A stretch of DNA of 64,000 bases from an uncultured Chloroflexia bacterium (GTDB taxonomy: Bacteria > Chloroflexota > Limnocylindria > Limnocylindrales > CSP1-4), in the NCBI GenBank assembly GCA_963800275.1, contig CAWDAI010000013.1, positions 1,448-65,447 on the forward strand, given 5' to 3'. This document shows positions 28,652 to 39,142 of this stretch, piece after piece. Positions within the stretch are counted from its first letter, which is position 1, and each line of letters opens with the position of its first letter. Made by a program: the position numbers and the translations under genes. The notes beneath the pieces were generated by a model. It did no database searches. It was not told the DNA's origin and worked only from the letters and a program-made list of their open reading frames with translations.

Positions 28652-29353
28652 CTATCGCGACTCTCGGTAGCGCTGTGCCGCCTCTGCTCGTTTGCGCACG
28701 TCCAGCTTGTGGAGGATGTTGCTGACGTGCGTCTCGACGGTGCGCGGGCTGATGATCAGCGCCTGCGCGATCTCCCGGTCGGTGAGCCCGTCGGCGAGCA
28801 TGCGCAGGACGTCGTTCTCGCGCGGACTGAGGCCTTCGAGACCACCGGCGTTGCTCGATCGACCCTTGCGCGCGGCCTCGATGAAGTGCTCCATGACCCG
28901 GGCGGCGTACCGCCGGGACATGGCCAGCTCACCCTTCTGCGTGCCGCGCAAGGCGCGCAGCAGTGCCTCCGGATGGAGGTCCTTGGTCAGATAGCCAGCC
29001 GCACCACGGGCGAGTGCCTCGATCATGTCGCGTTCGGAATCGGACACCGTGAGCATCACGATCTTGGTGTCCGGCAGGCGTGGGCTCAGTTCCTCGAGCA
29101 TCTGGATGCCGTTCATGCCGGGCAGGTCGATGTCCAGCAGCATCACGTCGGGGCGGACCGCGAGGGCGAGGGCGAAGGCATCTTCAGCACTGCCGGCTTC
29201 GCCCACCATCTCCACGTCGGGCGCATCGATGGCCTGACGGACGGCCGAACGCACGAGCGCGTGATCGTCCACGAGCATCACGCGCAACGTCGGCCGGCTC
29301 CGCGCCGGGGGTGTGTCCGCAGGAGCCGCGAAGCGCGGCCCTTCGATGGTCAT
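28652..29353 (-). CDS. NarL/FixJ family response regulator
   Basis: VDDHALVR, LLDIDLPG and GYLTK; LuxR HTH LSPRENDVL...RTVETHVSNI. Confidence 0.95.
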   Translation of the reverse strand: MTIEGPRFAAPADTPPARSRPTLRVMLVDDHALVRSAVRQAIDAPDVEMVGEAGSAEDAFALALAVRPDVMLLDIDLPGMNGIQMLEELSPRLPDTKIVMLTVSDSERDMIEALARGAAGYLTKDLHPEALLRALRGTQKGELAMSRRYAARVMEHFIEAARKGRSSNAGGLEGLSPRENDVLRMLADGLTDREIAQALIISPRTVETHVSNILHKLDVRKRAEAAQRYRESR

Positions 29354-29360
29354 CTCGGCC

Positions 29361-31055
29361 CTAGGTTTGCATACCGCTGGGCCTGATGTCGGCAGGATTC
29401 GCGCCCCGCTCGCCAGGCAGCTCGAGTTGGCCCGCGACCGTGTCCGTGTCCGTGTCCGTCTCCTCGTCGGGTGCCATGGTCGTGCGTTCGCTCGTTTCCG
29501 AGACGTTGCCCACGCCCGCTGCCAGCAGTGGCGCGCGGAGCTCGATGGTGGTGCCGCCGGAGATCTCCGACATCACGCGCAGGCTGCCGCCGACGAGGCG
29601 GGCCCGTTCGAACATGCCCTGCAGGCCCATGCCGCGACCGAAGGCCTCCTCCTGCGCGAATCCGCGTCCGTTGTCGGTGACGGTGAGCAGCAGCTCGCCG
29701 TCGCGGACTTCGGCATTGATGCGCACGAGCGTGGCGTCGGCGTGCTTGCGCACGTTGTTGAGGGCCTCGCTCACGACCCGCAGCAGCTCCACCTGCACCC
29801 GCGGCGCGAAGGCCGAGGGCATGCCGGTGGAGGCGGTGAACTCGACGGGCAGGCCGGAACGGTCCTCGAAGTCGTCCACCGTGCGCACGAGCATGTCCGA
29901 GAAGGGCACGTCTTCCTCCAGGCTCGAGCGCATCGTGACCAGCGCCTCGCGCGCCTCGATGATGGCCGCGTCGAGCGCCTGGGTGACCTCCTCGGCCAGG
30001 GGCCGGTCTTCCTCGGAGAGCGTGGAGCTGAGGCGCTCGAACTTCAGCTTGGCGAACCAGAGATGCTGGGCCAGGCCGTCGTGGATCTCGCGTGCGAGCC
30101 GGGCGCGCTCCTCCAATGTGGCCCGCTCGGCCTCGTTCACGCGCATGCGGTCGAGCGCGGTGTAGGCGGAACGCAGGGCGCGCAGGTCGCTGCGCTGGTC
30201 GGCGAAGGCACCCGCGAGCAGCAGGGTGTAGGCCACCAGGCGCATGACGTCGGAGATGGTCACGAGGTTGGTGTAGATGCTCGGCCACAGCGCGTACTGC
30301 ACCTCGGCCACCGCCAGGATGACGAGGCCGAGGGCGGTGAAGGCGTCGCTGGTGGGCCCACCGTGCGCCCACGTGGTGCGGTAGAGCACCACGCTCGCGA
30401 TGAGGCCGGTGACGGTCACGACCACGATGACCAGGGCCAGTCCCGTGAAGCCGGGCAGGAGCGCGAACTCACCCGGTTCGGCCAGCAGCGCCTCCAGGCC
30501 CTGCCGCTCGATGAGCGGCGGCAGCATCTCACGCAGGGGATAGGCGACGACCGTGAGGAGCCCGATCACGAGCACCGGCAGGAAGACGACACGGAAGCGC
30601 CGGCGGGCGCCGCCGTAGATGCCCATGAAGGCCACGATGCCGCTGACCATGAAGAGTCCGGAGACAGCCATGCGCACCGCGCCCGAGACCCACAGTGGCA
30701 GCTGACCGGGATCAGCCAGCGAGAGGCCCACATCGTCATCGAGGCGGAACACGATGAGCAGCAGCTGGGCGAAGGTGAAGGTGGCCCACAGGGCGAACGC
30801 CGAGGCCTGCACGAAGGAGGCCAGCCGTCCGGTCTCGCGATAGCGCAGGAAGGTCAGCACCGCCAGGCCGGCGGCCGCCACGAAGAGCAGCGCCGACAGG
30901 GCCACGTCCAGCGTGCGGTCACGCATGACGATGTTGAGGTCGGCGTCCAGCTGCGGCAGCAGCGTGGCCACCAGCAGCGTTCCGGCAGACGCGAGGATGA
31001 GGACGTCGAGCCGGATCGCTCGTCGTCGTTCAGCGCTCGCATTCGGCATTCGCAT
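29361..31055 (-). CDS. Membrane sensor histidine kinase (HisKA_3)
   Basis: Several TM helices, ERARLAREIHDGLAQ, EALNNVRKHA, DNGRGF and GMGL. Confidence 0.93.
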   Translation of the reverse strand: MRMPNASAERRRAIRLDVLILASAGTLLVATLLPQLDADLNIVMRDRTLDVALSALLFVAAAGLAVLTFLRYRETGRLASFVQASAFALWATFTFAQLLLIVFRLDDDVGLSLADPGQLPLWVSGAVRMAVSGLFMVSGIVAFMGIYGGARRRFRVVFLPVLVIGLLTVVAYPLREMLPPLIERQGLEALLAEPGEFALLPGFTGLALVIVVVTVTGLIASVVLYRTTWAHGGPTSDAFTALGLVILAVAEVQYALWPSIYTNLVTISDVMRLVAYTLLLAGAFADQRSDLRALRSAYTALDRMRVNEAERATLEERARLAREIHDGLAQHLWFAKLKFERLSSTLSEEDRPLAEEVTQALDAAIIEAREALVTMRSSLEEDVPFSDMLVRTVDDFEDRSGLPVEFTASTGMPSAFAPRVQVELLRVVSEALNNVRKHADATLVRINAEVRDGELLLTVTDNGRGFAQEEAFGRGMGLQGMFERARLVGGSLRVMSEISGGTTIELRAPLLAAGVGNVSETSERTTMAPDEETDTDTDTVAGQLELPGERGANPADIRPSGMQT

Positions 31056-31336
31056 CAAGGCGATGATAGTCCCGTATAAAGTGCGAGAGCCGGACGCGCC
31101 CCAGCGCAGTCCGACTCTCTTGCTCGCAGTTCCCGACCCCGCCGTGAAGGGTCGTTGGCGAGTGACGTATTCGACTTGACTGACTCGATAATGGCGCACG
31201 CGCATGTTGCAGGCATCCGTGGTGCTACGGAATCGGGTACGGAGACCTGACTCCGTAGACCCACGTACTCATGCGGCACGAGCGCGCCACCAAGCGCGCC
31301 CTCGCGCTTCGCGGCGATGCCCGCTACCGTAGGCCC

Positions 31337-32659
31337 GTGACCGGTCCCGAATCCGCCGCCAGTCCTCGCCTGCCCCTCGTGGCGCTGGTCCTCGCCCTCG
31401 TCGCGCTGACGGCTCTGGCGCCGTCCCCAGCGAGCGCGGCCAGCAGCTACACCCTGGAAGCGCGCTACGACGTCAGGCTCCACCTCGACTGGGACAGCCG
31501 CTGGGTGGACGTGCGCACGCGCATCGACGTGCGCAACACCGCTGGCCGGCCTATCGACCGGCTGGAGCTCAACAGCACGGCGGTGAAGCTGGGTCCCTAC
31601 CGCCGGCTGCGAGCACGCGTCGATGGCGCCGCTGTACGTCCGCGCGTCAGCGGGCAGACCATCATCGTGCCCTTCGCCGAGCCACTCGCGGCGGGCGCTT
31701 CGGTGGTCGTCTTCGTGGGCTTGAAGTCGCGCCTCGCCCAGCGAGCCGGAGGACGCTCCTACTACTGGGCCAAGCTCGGCGGCGTGGTCCAGATGTATCG
31801 CTTCATCCCCTGGGTCAGCCGCCGCATCCCCTTTGGTCGTGGCGGCCATGGCGAGCCCTTCCTGACGCCGGTCAGCCCGCGCGTGCAGGTCACCGTCAGC
31901 GCCGATCGCAAGTTGCAGTGGGCGACGAGTGGCCGTCTCGCCGCCCGCATCGATGCCCGCACGTTCCGCTTCGTGGCCGAGCGCGTGCGCGACTTCAACA
32001 TCGCCGCCAGCCCGGCCTGGCGCAAGGCCTCTGGGCGCTCGCGGGATGGCCGGACCCACATCATCGCCTTGGCCCGCGTCCACGATCCCGTGCTCCTGGT
32101 CCGCCTGGCCCGCACCGAGCTGGCGCGCTACCAGTCCCAGACCGGTGTGCGTTACCGGCACAAGACCTTCACCGTGGCTGAGACCGGTGGGGGGCTGGCC
32201 ATGGAATCGCCGGCCCTGATCTGGATGCCCGCCTCGCGCTCGTCACGCGACCTGTCGTACCTGGTGTCGCACGAGACGGCGCACCAGTGGTGGTACTCGA
32301 CCGTGGGTAATGACCAGTCGACCGACGCGTTCGCCGACGAGGCCATGGCCGACTACTTCTCGCGCAAGGCTCGCCTGTCGATCCGGCAGAGCCGCTGCCC
32401 GAACGACCGCCTGGACCGAGAGATCCGCGACTACTCGGAGGGCTGCTACTTCGAGGTCATCTACGTGCAGGGCGCGCGCTTCCTGGACAAGCTCCGGCGC
32501 GACTTCGGGCAGGCCCGCTTCATGGCCGCCGTCCGGCGCTACACGCGCGACAATCGCGACGGGCTCGGCGGGAATGTACGCCTCCTTGAGGCCATGCGGG
32601 CGGAGATGGGCGACGGCGTGGTCGCACGCTTCCACCGGCGCTTCCCCAGCCTCTACTGA
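31337..32659 (+). CDS. Secreted M1-family zinc metallopeptidase
   Basis: Signal peptide, LAMESP, HETAHQWW...DEAMADY and Y..GARFL. Confidence 0.85.
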   Translation: MTGPESAASPRLPLVALVLALVALTALAPSPASAASSYTLEARYDVRLHLDWDSRWVDVRTRIDVRNTAGRPIDRLELNSTAVKLGPYRRLRARVDGAAVRPRVSGQTIIVPFAEPLAAGASVVVFVGLKSRLAQRAGGRSYYWAKLGGVVQMYRFIPWVSRRIPFGRGGHGEPFLTPVSPRVQVTVSADRKLQWATSGRLAARIDARTFRFVAERVRDFNIAASPAWRKASGRSRDGRTHIIALARVHDPVLLVRLARTELARYQSQTGVRYRHKTFTVAETGGGLAMESPALIWMPASRSSRDLSYLVSHETAHQWWYSTVGNDQSTDAFADEAMADYFSRKARLSIRQSRCPNDRLDREIRDYSEGCYFEVIYVQGARFLDKLRRDFGQARFMAAVRRYTRDNRDGLGGNVRLLEAMRAEMGDGVVARFHRRFPSLY

Positions 32660-32748
32660 TGCGGCACTGACCGAGCCGGGCGTCGCTGTGGCCACGTCCT
32701 CGCCGGCAGGCGGTACGATAGTTGCTGTGTCCTCACTGTCTTACACAT

Positions 32749-33258
32749 ATGTCTGAAGCCACTGCGGCTGGCGAGGTCACGGTCAAGCAGGCCGCGAGCA
32801 GGAGCCAGCCGGTCGAGGCTGCGCGCATCGCTGCCCGCGACGCTGAGGGCATGCCCATCCAGCACGGCTGGATGCCCCTCGCCGCGCGCCGTCGATGGAT
32901 CGAGCCCTTCGTGCTGGCGATGCTCGCGCGCGAGACCTACGGCTACGCCATCCTTGGCCGGCTGGAGGAGATGCGCATCAGCAACGGCCCCCTCGACGTG
33001 GGCCTCATCTACCGCACGCTGCGTGATCTCGAGCGCGACGGCCTCGTGAGCTCCTCGTGGGCCGCAGAGTCAGCGGGGCCCCGCCGGCGCGCGTACGCCC
33101 TGACCGAGGCCGGCCTTGATGCGCTCGATGACTGGGCCGTGGTGATGCGCGAGCGGGCCCGGCTCATCGGCGAGTTCAACGCCGACTACCTCGAGGCGGT
33201 CAGCCGGCCCCAGTTTGCCGATGGCCCAGGCGCTGGCAGTCGAGGCGCCCAGGGCTGA
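32749..33258 (+). CDS. PadR family transcriptional regulator
   Basis: YGYAI, IYRTLRDLERDGLV and GPRRRAYALTEAG. Confidence 0.9.
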   Translation: MSEATAAGEVTVKQAASRSQPVEAARIAARDAEGMPIQHGWMPLAARRRWIEPFVLAMLARETYGYAILGRLEEMRISNGPLDVGLIYRTLRDLERDGLVSSSWAAESAGPRRRAYALTEAGLDALDDWAVVMRERARLIGEFNADYLEAVSRPQFADGPGAGSRGAQG

Positions 33259-33348
33259 CGCCGTGGCGGCCGACGCCGTGGCTCTCTGACGCCGTGGATC
33301 TCTAACGCCGTTGGCGGCTGATGCCGTGGCGGCCGACGCCGGGGATCG
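33255..33348. repeat. Six 15-16-nt tandem units (CYGACGCCGTGG...) filling the gap between convergent genes
   Basis: Units start at 33255, 33270, 33286, 33302, 33318 and 33333. Confidence 0.85.
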
Positions 33349-33843
33349 CTAGAGCGGCTCTGCCTCGGCGTGGGCGAGGCCCCTTGCCACCTCGGCCTGC
33401 TCCTCGGGCGAGAGGTTGTGCTCGAGCACGCGCAGGTATTCCTCTTCCTCCGCGATATGCACCTTGAGCATGGCGTAGAGGCGGTAGAGCACCCGCCGCA
33501 GCCCGACCGAGCCGGCCGGCCCCAGGGCGTCCGCGTCAAGAGCCTCCTTGAATGTGCCCAGGCGCTCGACCAGGGCCCGGATCTCGTCGTGCTCCCGGCG
33601 CATCTGGGTCATCGAGTGGCGGTTCTGCATGAGCCGGTCGAGCTCGGGGTAGACGCTCTTCTCCACGACCTCGATGTGCGGCAGCAACGACCCGATGATG
33701 AAGCCGTGCACGAGGTAGAAGCGATCTTCGAAGCGAGCCGGCCGCGGCCGCTCGTCGAGCATATCCGCGAGCACCGGCAGGCCGTCGAGCATGGTGTTGA
33801 TCCGTTCGTGGTGCTCGTGGCCGGCGATGGTTACCGTGGTCAC
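33349..33843 (-). CDS. Hemerythrin/HHE cation-binding domain protein
   Basis: HEHH, H...E..VYP, MRREHDEI and VHIAEEE; SD GGGAGG before GTG. Confidence 0.8.
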   Translation of the reverse strand: MTTVTIAGHEHHERINTMLDGLPVLADMLDERPRPARFEDRFYLVHGFIIGSLLPHIEVVEKSVYPELDRLMQNRHSMTQMRREHDEIRALVERLGTFKEALDADALGPAGSVGLRRVLYRLYAMLKVHIAEEEEYLRVLEHNLSPEEQAEVARGLAHAEAEPL

Positions 33844-34077
33844 GTCTCTGATCCTCCCGTGTTGTCGGGGCTGACGATACCGAGCCGTCAGGCCCGCTAC
33901 AAGCATGCCCACATGTCGCTATGCGCACGACAGGTCCATGTGGCCCTTGCCGCAGGTACAATATGGCCCACGCATATAGATGGACCAAACATGTAGAACT
34001 GGATGTGCCGGTCCACCTCGATGTGGTCGGCGCATCGCAAGCCCGGCCGACCACTACCCACAGGAGACCCAACAGGC

Positions 34078-34446
34078 ATGGACGCACCCGAGAAGATCGT
34101 CGTCATCGTCACCCACGGCCCGGACCAGGCGGAGCTGGCCACCATCCCCTTCGTGATGGCTGCCGGGTCCCTGGCCTCTGACGTCGAGTTGGTCATGGCC
34201 TTCCAGGCCGAAGGCGTGGAGCTGTTGACCAAGGGCGGCGTCGATGGCGTGCAGGCCAAGGGGTTCCCGGTGCTGGCCGAGCTGATGCAGACCGTCCAGG
34301 ACCTCGGCGGCCAGCTCCTTGGCTGCTCGCCCTGCCTGGAGGGCCGGGCCCTCACCGAGGCCGATCTGCGCGAGGGCGTGGAGGTCATCGGCGCGGCGCG
34401 CCTCATCTCCGAGGTCACCTCGGCCACGGCCACCCTCACCTACTAA
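34078..34446 (+). CDS. DsrE family sulfur-relay protein
   Basis: VTHGPD..ELATIPF, FQAEGV and CSPC. Confidence 0.85.
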   Translation: MDAPEKIVVIVTHGPDQAELATIPFVMAAGSLASDVELVMAFQAEGVELLTKGGVDGVQAKGFPVLAELMQTVQDLGGQLLGCSPCLEGRALTEADLREGVEVIGAARLISEVTSATATLTY

Positions 34447-34484
34447 CCGGCGCAGCCCGCAGTCAGAGCGAAAGGATCACCACC

Positions 34485-34751
34485 ATGACCGACATCGTTG
34501 ATCAGTCCACCCTCGCCAGCCTCGAGGTCGGCAAGGTCGCCGACGCGCGGGGCAGCGCCTGCCCCGGCCCGCTGCTGGAGGCCAAGAAGTCCATCGGCGG
34601 CGTGCCCGTCGGCGGCGTCCTGGAGATCCTCACCACCGATCCCCAGACCAAGAACGACATGAGCGCCTGGTGCGCCAAGGTCGGCCACGGCTTCATGGGC
34701 GTGGCGGACGCTGACGGTTACGAGCGCGTCTTCGTCAAGCGCGCCAAGTAG
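34485..34751 (+). CDS. tusA: TusA family sulfurtransferase
   Basis: DARGSACPGPLL...GGVLEIL..DP....D..AW. Confidence 0.92.
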   Translation: MTDIVDQSTLASLEVGKVADARGSACPGPLLEAKKSIGGVPVGGVLEILTTDPQTKNDMSAWCAKVGHGFMGVADADGYERVFVKRAK

Positions 34752-34829
34752 CGCTCGTGATTTTGGTCGCCCAGGGCTGCGCGGGAACGACCACGGCAGG
34801 CTGATCAGGAAGGGGACGAGAGCGGGATC

Positions 34830-35297
34830 ATGACGGCACCAGCGACGACCGACGAAGCGGCGGTGGGCACGCGCCCCACGCGCATGCTCGTCATCGCCAC
34901 GTTGCTGTGCTCCTACCCGGGCATCGACGCCACGGGCCAGGCGCACATGGAGTATCCACCCAACACGTACGTGATCCCCACGCCGGACCCGGTGATGTTC
35001 CCGGAGTCGTTCTACCTCTACTGCTTCGAGCAGGGGGTGGACGCCATCCTCATCGCCTCCTGCGGTACCGACAGCCCGTACAAGGGTTCGTTCGAGCAGC
35101 TGGCCCGACAGATCGACCACACCTACGCGCTGATGAAGGCCCGGGGCATCGATATCCGTCGCCTCAAGCTGACGGCCATCTGCTCGGTCTGCACCAAGGC
35201 CTTCATCAAGGAGGTCGCCGAGATGGAGAAGGTGCTCGACGACCTCGGTCCCATCGGGCCCGTGGCCCCGGCCCCCGCCACAGAGGTCGCGGCATGA
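34830..35297 (+). CDS. mvhD: MvhD-like hydrogenase iron-sulfur subunit (atypical)
   Basis: CSYPGIDATG..MEYP, F..GVDAILIASC and GIDIRRL; directly precedes hdrA. Confidence 0.75.
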   Translation: MTAPATTDEAAVGTRPTRMLVIATLLCSYPGIDATGQAHMEYPPNTYVIPTPDPVMFPESFYLYCFEQGVDAILIASCGTDSPYKGSFEQLARQIDHTYALMKARGIDIRRLKLTAICSVCTKAFIKEVAEMEKVLDDLGPIGPVAPAPATEVAA

Positions 35298-36701
35298 CCG
35301 GATCCCATCGGACCGTGAGCGAGAGCCACGACTACGACGTCCTCGTCATCGGCGGCGGCATCGCCGGCCTCCAGACCTCGCTGGACCTGGCTGACCGCGG
35401 CCGCAAGGTGCTGGTCGTGGAGAAGGAGCCCAGCATCGGGGGCAAGATGATCGCCCTCTCCAAGGTCTTCCCGACCATGGACTGCGCCTCCTGCATCACC
35501 ACCCCGCGCATGTCCAGCGCGGCGCACCACGACAACGTCGACATCTGGGTCTACTCGGATGTGGAGGAGCTGACGCCCGACCCCGCGGGCGGCTTCAGCG
35601 CCACCGTCCGGCGCCGCGCGACCTACGTGGACGAGGACGCCTGCATCGGCTGCCGGCTGTGTGAGTACGCCTGCCCGGTGGAGGTGCCGCACGATTTCGA
35701 GGGCCGGATGGGCGCCCGCCGGGCGGCCTACATCCCCTTCGGCACGGCCATCCCGCAGCTGGCGCTCATCGATGCCAGACGACTGCATCTACTGCGGCAA
35801 GTGCGAGAAGGCCTGCCCGACCGACGCCATCGACTTCGCGCAACAGGATCGCGTGGAGCGACTGCACATCGACGCGGCGGTCCTGGCCACCGGCTTCCAG
35901 ACCACGCCTACGGACGCCAAGGCCGAGTACCACGGCGAGGCCGCCAACGTCATCTCCGCGCTGGAGATGGAGCGGCTGCTCGCGCCCAACGGTCCCTACG
36001 GCCGCGTGCTGCGCCCATCCGACGGCAAGATCCCCGACCGCATCGCCTACGTGCAGTGCGCCGGCTCGCGCGACGAGACGCTGGGCGTGCCCTACTGCTC
36101 GCGCGTCTGCTGCATGTACGCCATCAAGCAGGCGATGCTGCTGTCGGGCGCGCTGCCCCTGGCCGACATCACCATCTACTACATGGACATCCGCACCTTC
36201 GGCAAGGGCTACGAGCAGTTCTACCAGAACGGCCCGGGCCATGGGCATCGAGTTCGTCAAGGCCAAGGTCGCGCGCATCGACGAGCAGGCTGACGGCGAC
36301 CTCAAGCTGCGCATCGAGCGCATCGAGGGCGACGGCTCGGTGGCCGAGCCCGTGCACGACCTGGTCGTGCTCTCGGTGGGCATGCTGCCGGGCACCGACC
36401 CGCGCTCTTCGTGGGCGTGGATCTGGACAAGCACGGCTTCATCGCACCGGCCGATCCCAAGCTCGACACCACCCGCACCAGCCTGCCGGGCTTGTTCGTC
36501 ACCGGCACGGCCATCGCGCCCAAGGACATCGTGGACAGCGTGGTCGAGGCCAGCGCCGCCGCTGCGCGCGTCGAGTCCTACCTGAGCGCCACGGTCGGCG
36601 GCCAGGCCCAGATCGCCCAACCACTCGTCTCGGTGCGCGAGATGACCCGCGAGGAGCTGGCCGTGGCCGGCGCCCTGGAGGAGGCACACCATGGTCAGTG
36701 A
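35294..36701 (+). CDS. hdrA: Heterodisulfide reductase subunit A-like protein (frameshifts near 35774, 36231, 36400)
   Basis: IGGGIAG, KVFPTMDCASC, two CxxCxxCxxxCP motifs, QCAGSRD..YCSRVCCMYAIKQA and PKDIVDSV, spread over 4 frame segments. Confidence 0.85.
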
Positions 36702-38852
36702 GGAATGGCCCGCCAGCGACCAGGGACCTGATTGCCCCGAACCAGCCGGCGACGAGGGCCCGTCGCTCGCCGATGCACAACTCGACGTGAGCGCGGCCGC
36801 CAGCCCGGCCGGACCGGGCGAGCGCCTGGGAGTCTACGTCTGCCACTGTGGCGGCAACATCAGCGACGTGGTCGATGTCGACGCCGTGGCGGAGACACTC
36901 AGCCGTGAGGATGGCGTGGCCGTCGCGCGGCACATCACCTTCATGTGCTCCGACGAGGGCCAGGGACAGATCACCTCTGACATCGAGGAGCTCGGGCTCG
37001 ACCGCGTCATCGTGGCCGCCTGCACGCCCTCGCTGCACCAGACCACCTTCCGCAAGGCGGTGGTCCGGGCCGGCATGAACCCCTACCTGTTCCTGCCGGC
37101 CAACATCCGCGAGCAGGTCAGCTGGGCCCACCCCCATGACGCCCAGGCCGCGACCGACAAGGCCATCGCCGTGGTGCGGGCAGCCGTGGGCAAGTCTCGC
37201 CTGCTGGAGCCGCTCGACCCGGTGCGCGTCGACGCCGTCCACCGGGTGCTGGTGGTGGGCGGTGGCGTGGCCGGCCTGCGCGCCGCGCTCGAAGCCGCCG
37301 ACATGGGCCAGCAGGTCACGCTCATCGAGGCCAGCCCCTTCCTGGGCGGGCGCACGATGCAGCTGGGCTCCGTCTACCCCACCGATGAGCCGGCCGTGCC
37401 ACTGGTGCGCCGCCTGCTGGCGGCCGTCGACGCGCACCAGCACATCGAGGTGCGCACCTACACCCGCCTGACCGAGCTGACCGGCTTCCTCGGCGACTTC
37501 AGCGTGACCCTGACCACGGAACCGCGCGGCGTGGACGAGGCGCTCACGGACGAGGCTGCGGCCATGGCCGCCTGCCCCACCGTCGTGCCCAACGAGTTCG
37601 ACGACGGCCTGACCACGCGCAAGGCCATCTACCGGCCACACCCCCAGGCGCAGCCGGCCCTGGCGGCCATCGACTGGGCTTGCTGCACCCGCTGCGGTGA
37701 GTGCGTGCTGGCGGCCGGTGCCGGCATCACCATCGACGACGTGCCCGAGTCGGAGACGATCGAGGTCGGGCGCGGTGATCATGGCCACCGGCTACGACCA
37801 CTACGAGCCGCGCGAGGGTGAGTACGGCTACGGCACCTCGCCGCGCGTGCTCACCCTGCCCCAGCTCGAGCGCATGCTCGACCCCGAGGGCCCGACCGGC
37901 GGCAAGCTGCGTGGTCGAGGGCGCCGTCCCGCGCTCGGTGGCCTTCATCCACTGCGTGGGCAGTCGGCAGATCGCCGGCGTGGACGAGCCAGGGACCGAC
38001 GGCAAGCTCAACGAGTACTGCTCGCGCGTGTGCTGCACGGCCACCCTGCAGGCCACCAACGAGGTTCGGCGGCGCTACCCGGCCACCGCCGTGTATGACC
38101 TCTACCGCGACATCCGCACGTACCAGAAGGAGCAGGAGGACTACTACGTCGATGCCTCCAAGCTGGGCGTGCGCTTCATGCGCTTCGACGAGGCCAGCGG
38201 CCCGCCGTCGCGCTCGCCGGAGGGTGACTACCCGCTGACCGTCCGCGTCACCGACACGCTCACCTTCGGGACCGAGCTGGAGGTGCCGGCCGACCTGGTG
38301 GTGCTGGGGGTGGGCATGAAGCCCCGCGACATCGCCGACATCATCGACATGACCAAGGCACCGGTGGGCGACGACGGCTTCCTGCTGGAGGTGCATCCCA
38401 AGCTGCGGCCGGTCGAGACCTCCATCCCGGGGATCTACCTCGCGGGCACCGTGCAGGGCCCCAAGGACATCACCGAATCCACGTCGTCCGCCTCTGCCGC
38501 GGCGGTGAAGGCCGCCACGGTGCTGGCCCGCGACTACGTCGAGATGGAGCCCTTCGTGGCCCGCGTCGATCCCTCGCGCTGCGTGGGTGCCGGGAGCTGC
38601 CTGGAGGCCTGCCAGTACGACGGCGCCATCGCCATGTCCGAGGTCGAGACCGAGGAGGGTGTCTTCGAGCACAAGGCCTATGTCAACCCCGTCGCCTGCG
38701 TCGGCTGCGGCGCCTGCGTCGCGGCCTGTGCCTCGTCCGCCATCGACGTGCAGGGCTGGGAGATGGACCAGTACCGAGCCATGATCGATGCCATCACCAG
38801 CGCCCCGCCCGACGGCTCGGGACAGCGCTCGGCCGTGGAGGTGTCCGCGTGA
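36691..38852 (+). CDS. hdrA: Second HdrA/QmoB-like protein (frameshifts near 37770, 37910)
   Basis: GVYVCHCGGNI, VAACTP, ANIREQVSW, GGGVAG, HCVGSR..YCSRVCC, E.HPKLRPVET, GPKDI and C-terminal ferredoxin motifs. Confidence 0.85.
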
Positions 38853-39142
38853 GCGCCAAGGACGGGGCCGTGACCCCGCTGGAGATCTTCAAGCAGCGCA
38901 ACGGCCCCGCGTCCGAGGAGCTGCTGGCCCTGGTGAAAGTGAACAACAAGCGCAAGGCCACCATCAAGAAGACCCTCAAGGAGGGGCCCATGACGGTGCC
39001 GCAGCTGGCCGAGGCCACCGGCCTCGAGCCCGCGGACGTGCTCTGGACCCTGACGGCCATGCGCAAGTACGGCCAGGCCGTGGAGGAGGGGGTCGACGGC
39101 GACTATCCCCGCTACACCCTGCCCGCAGAAGGAGGTGAAGCG
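38849..39142 (+). CDS. Small winged-HTH protein (in frame with the downstream gene as assembled)
   Basis: IKKTLKEGPMTVPQLAEATGL...LTAMRKYG; GTGA overlap with hdrA. Confidence 0.6.
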
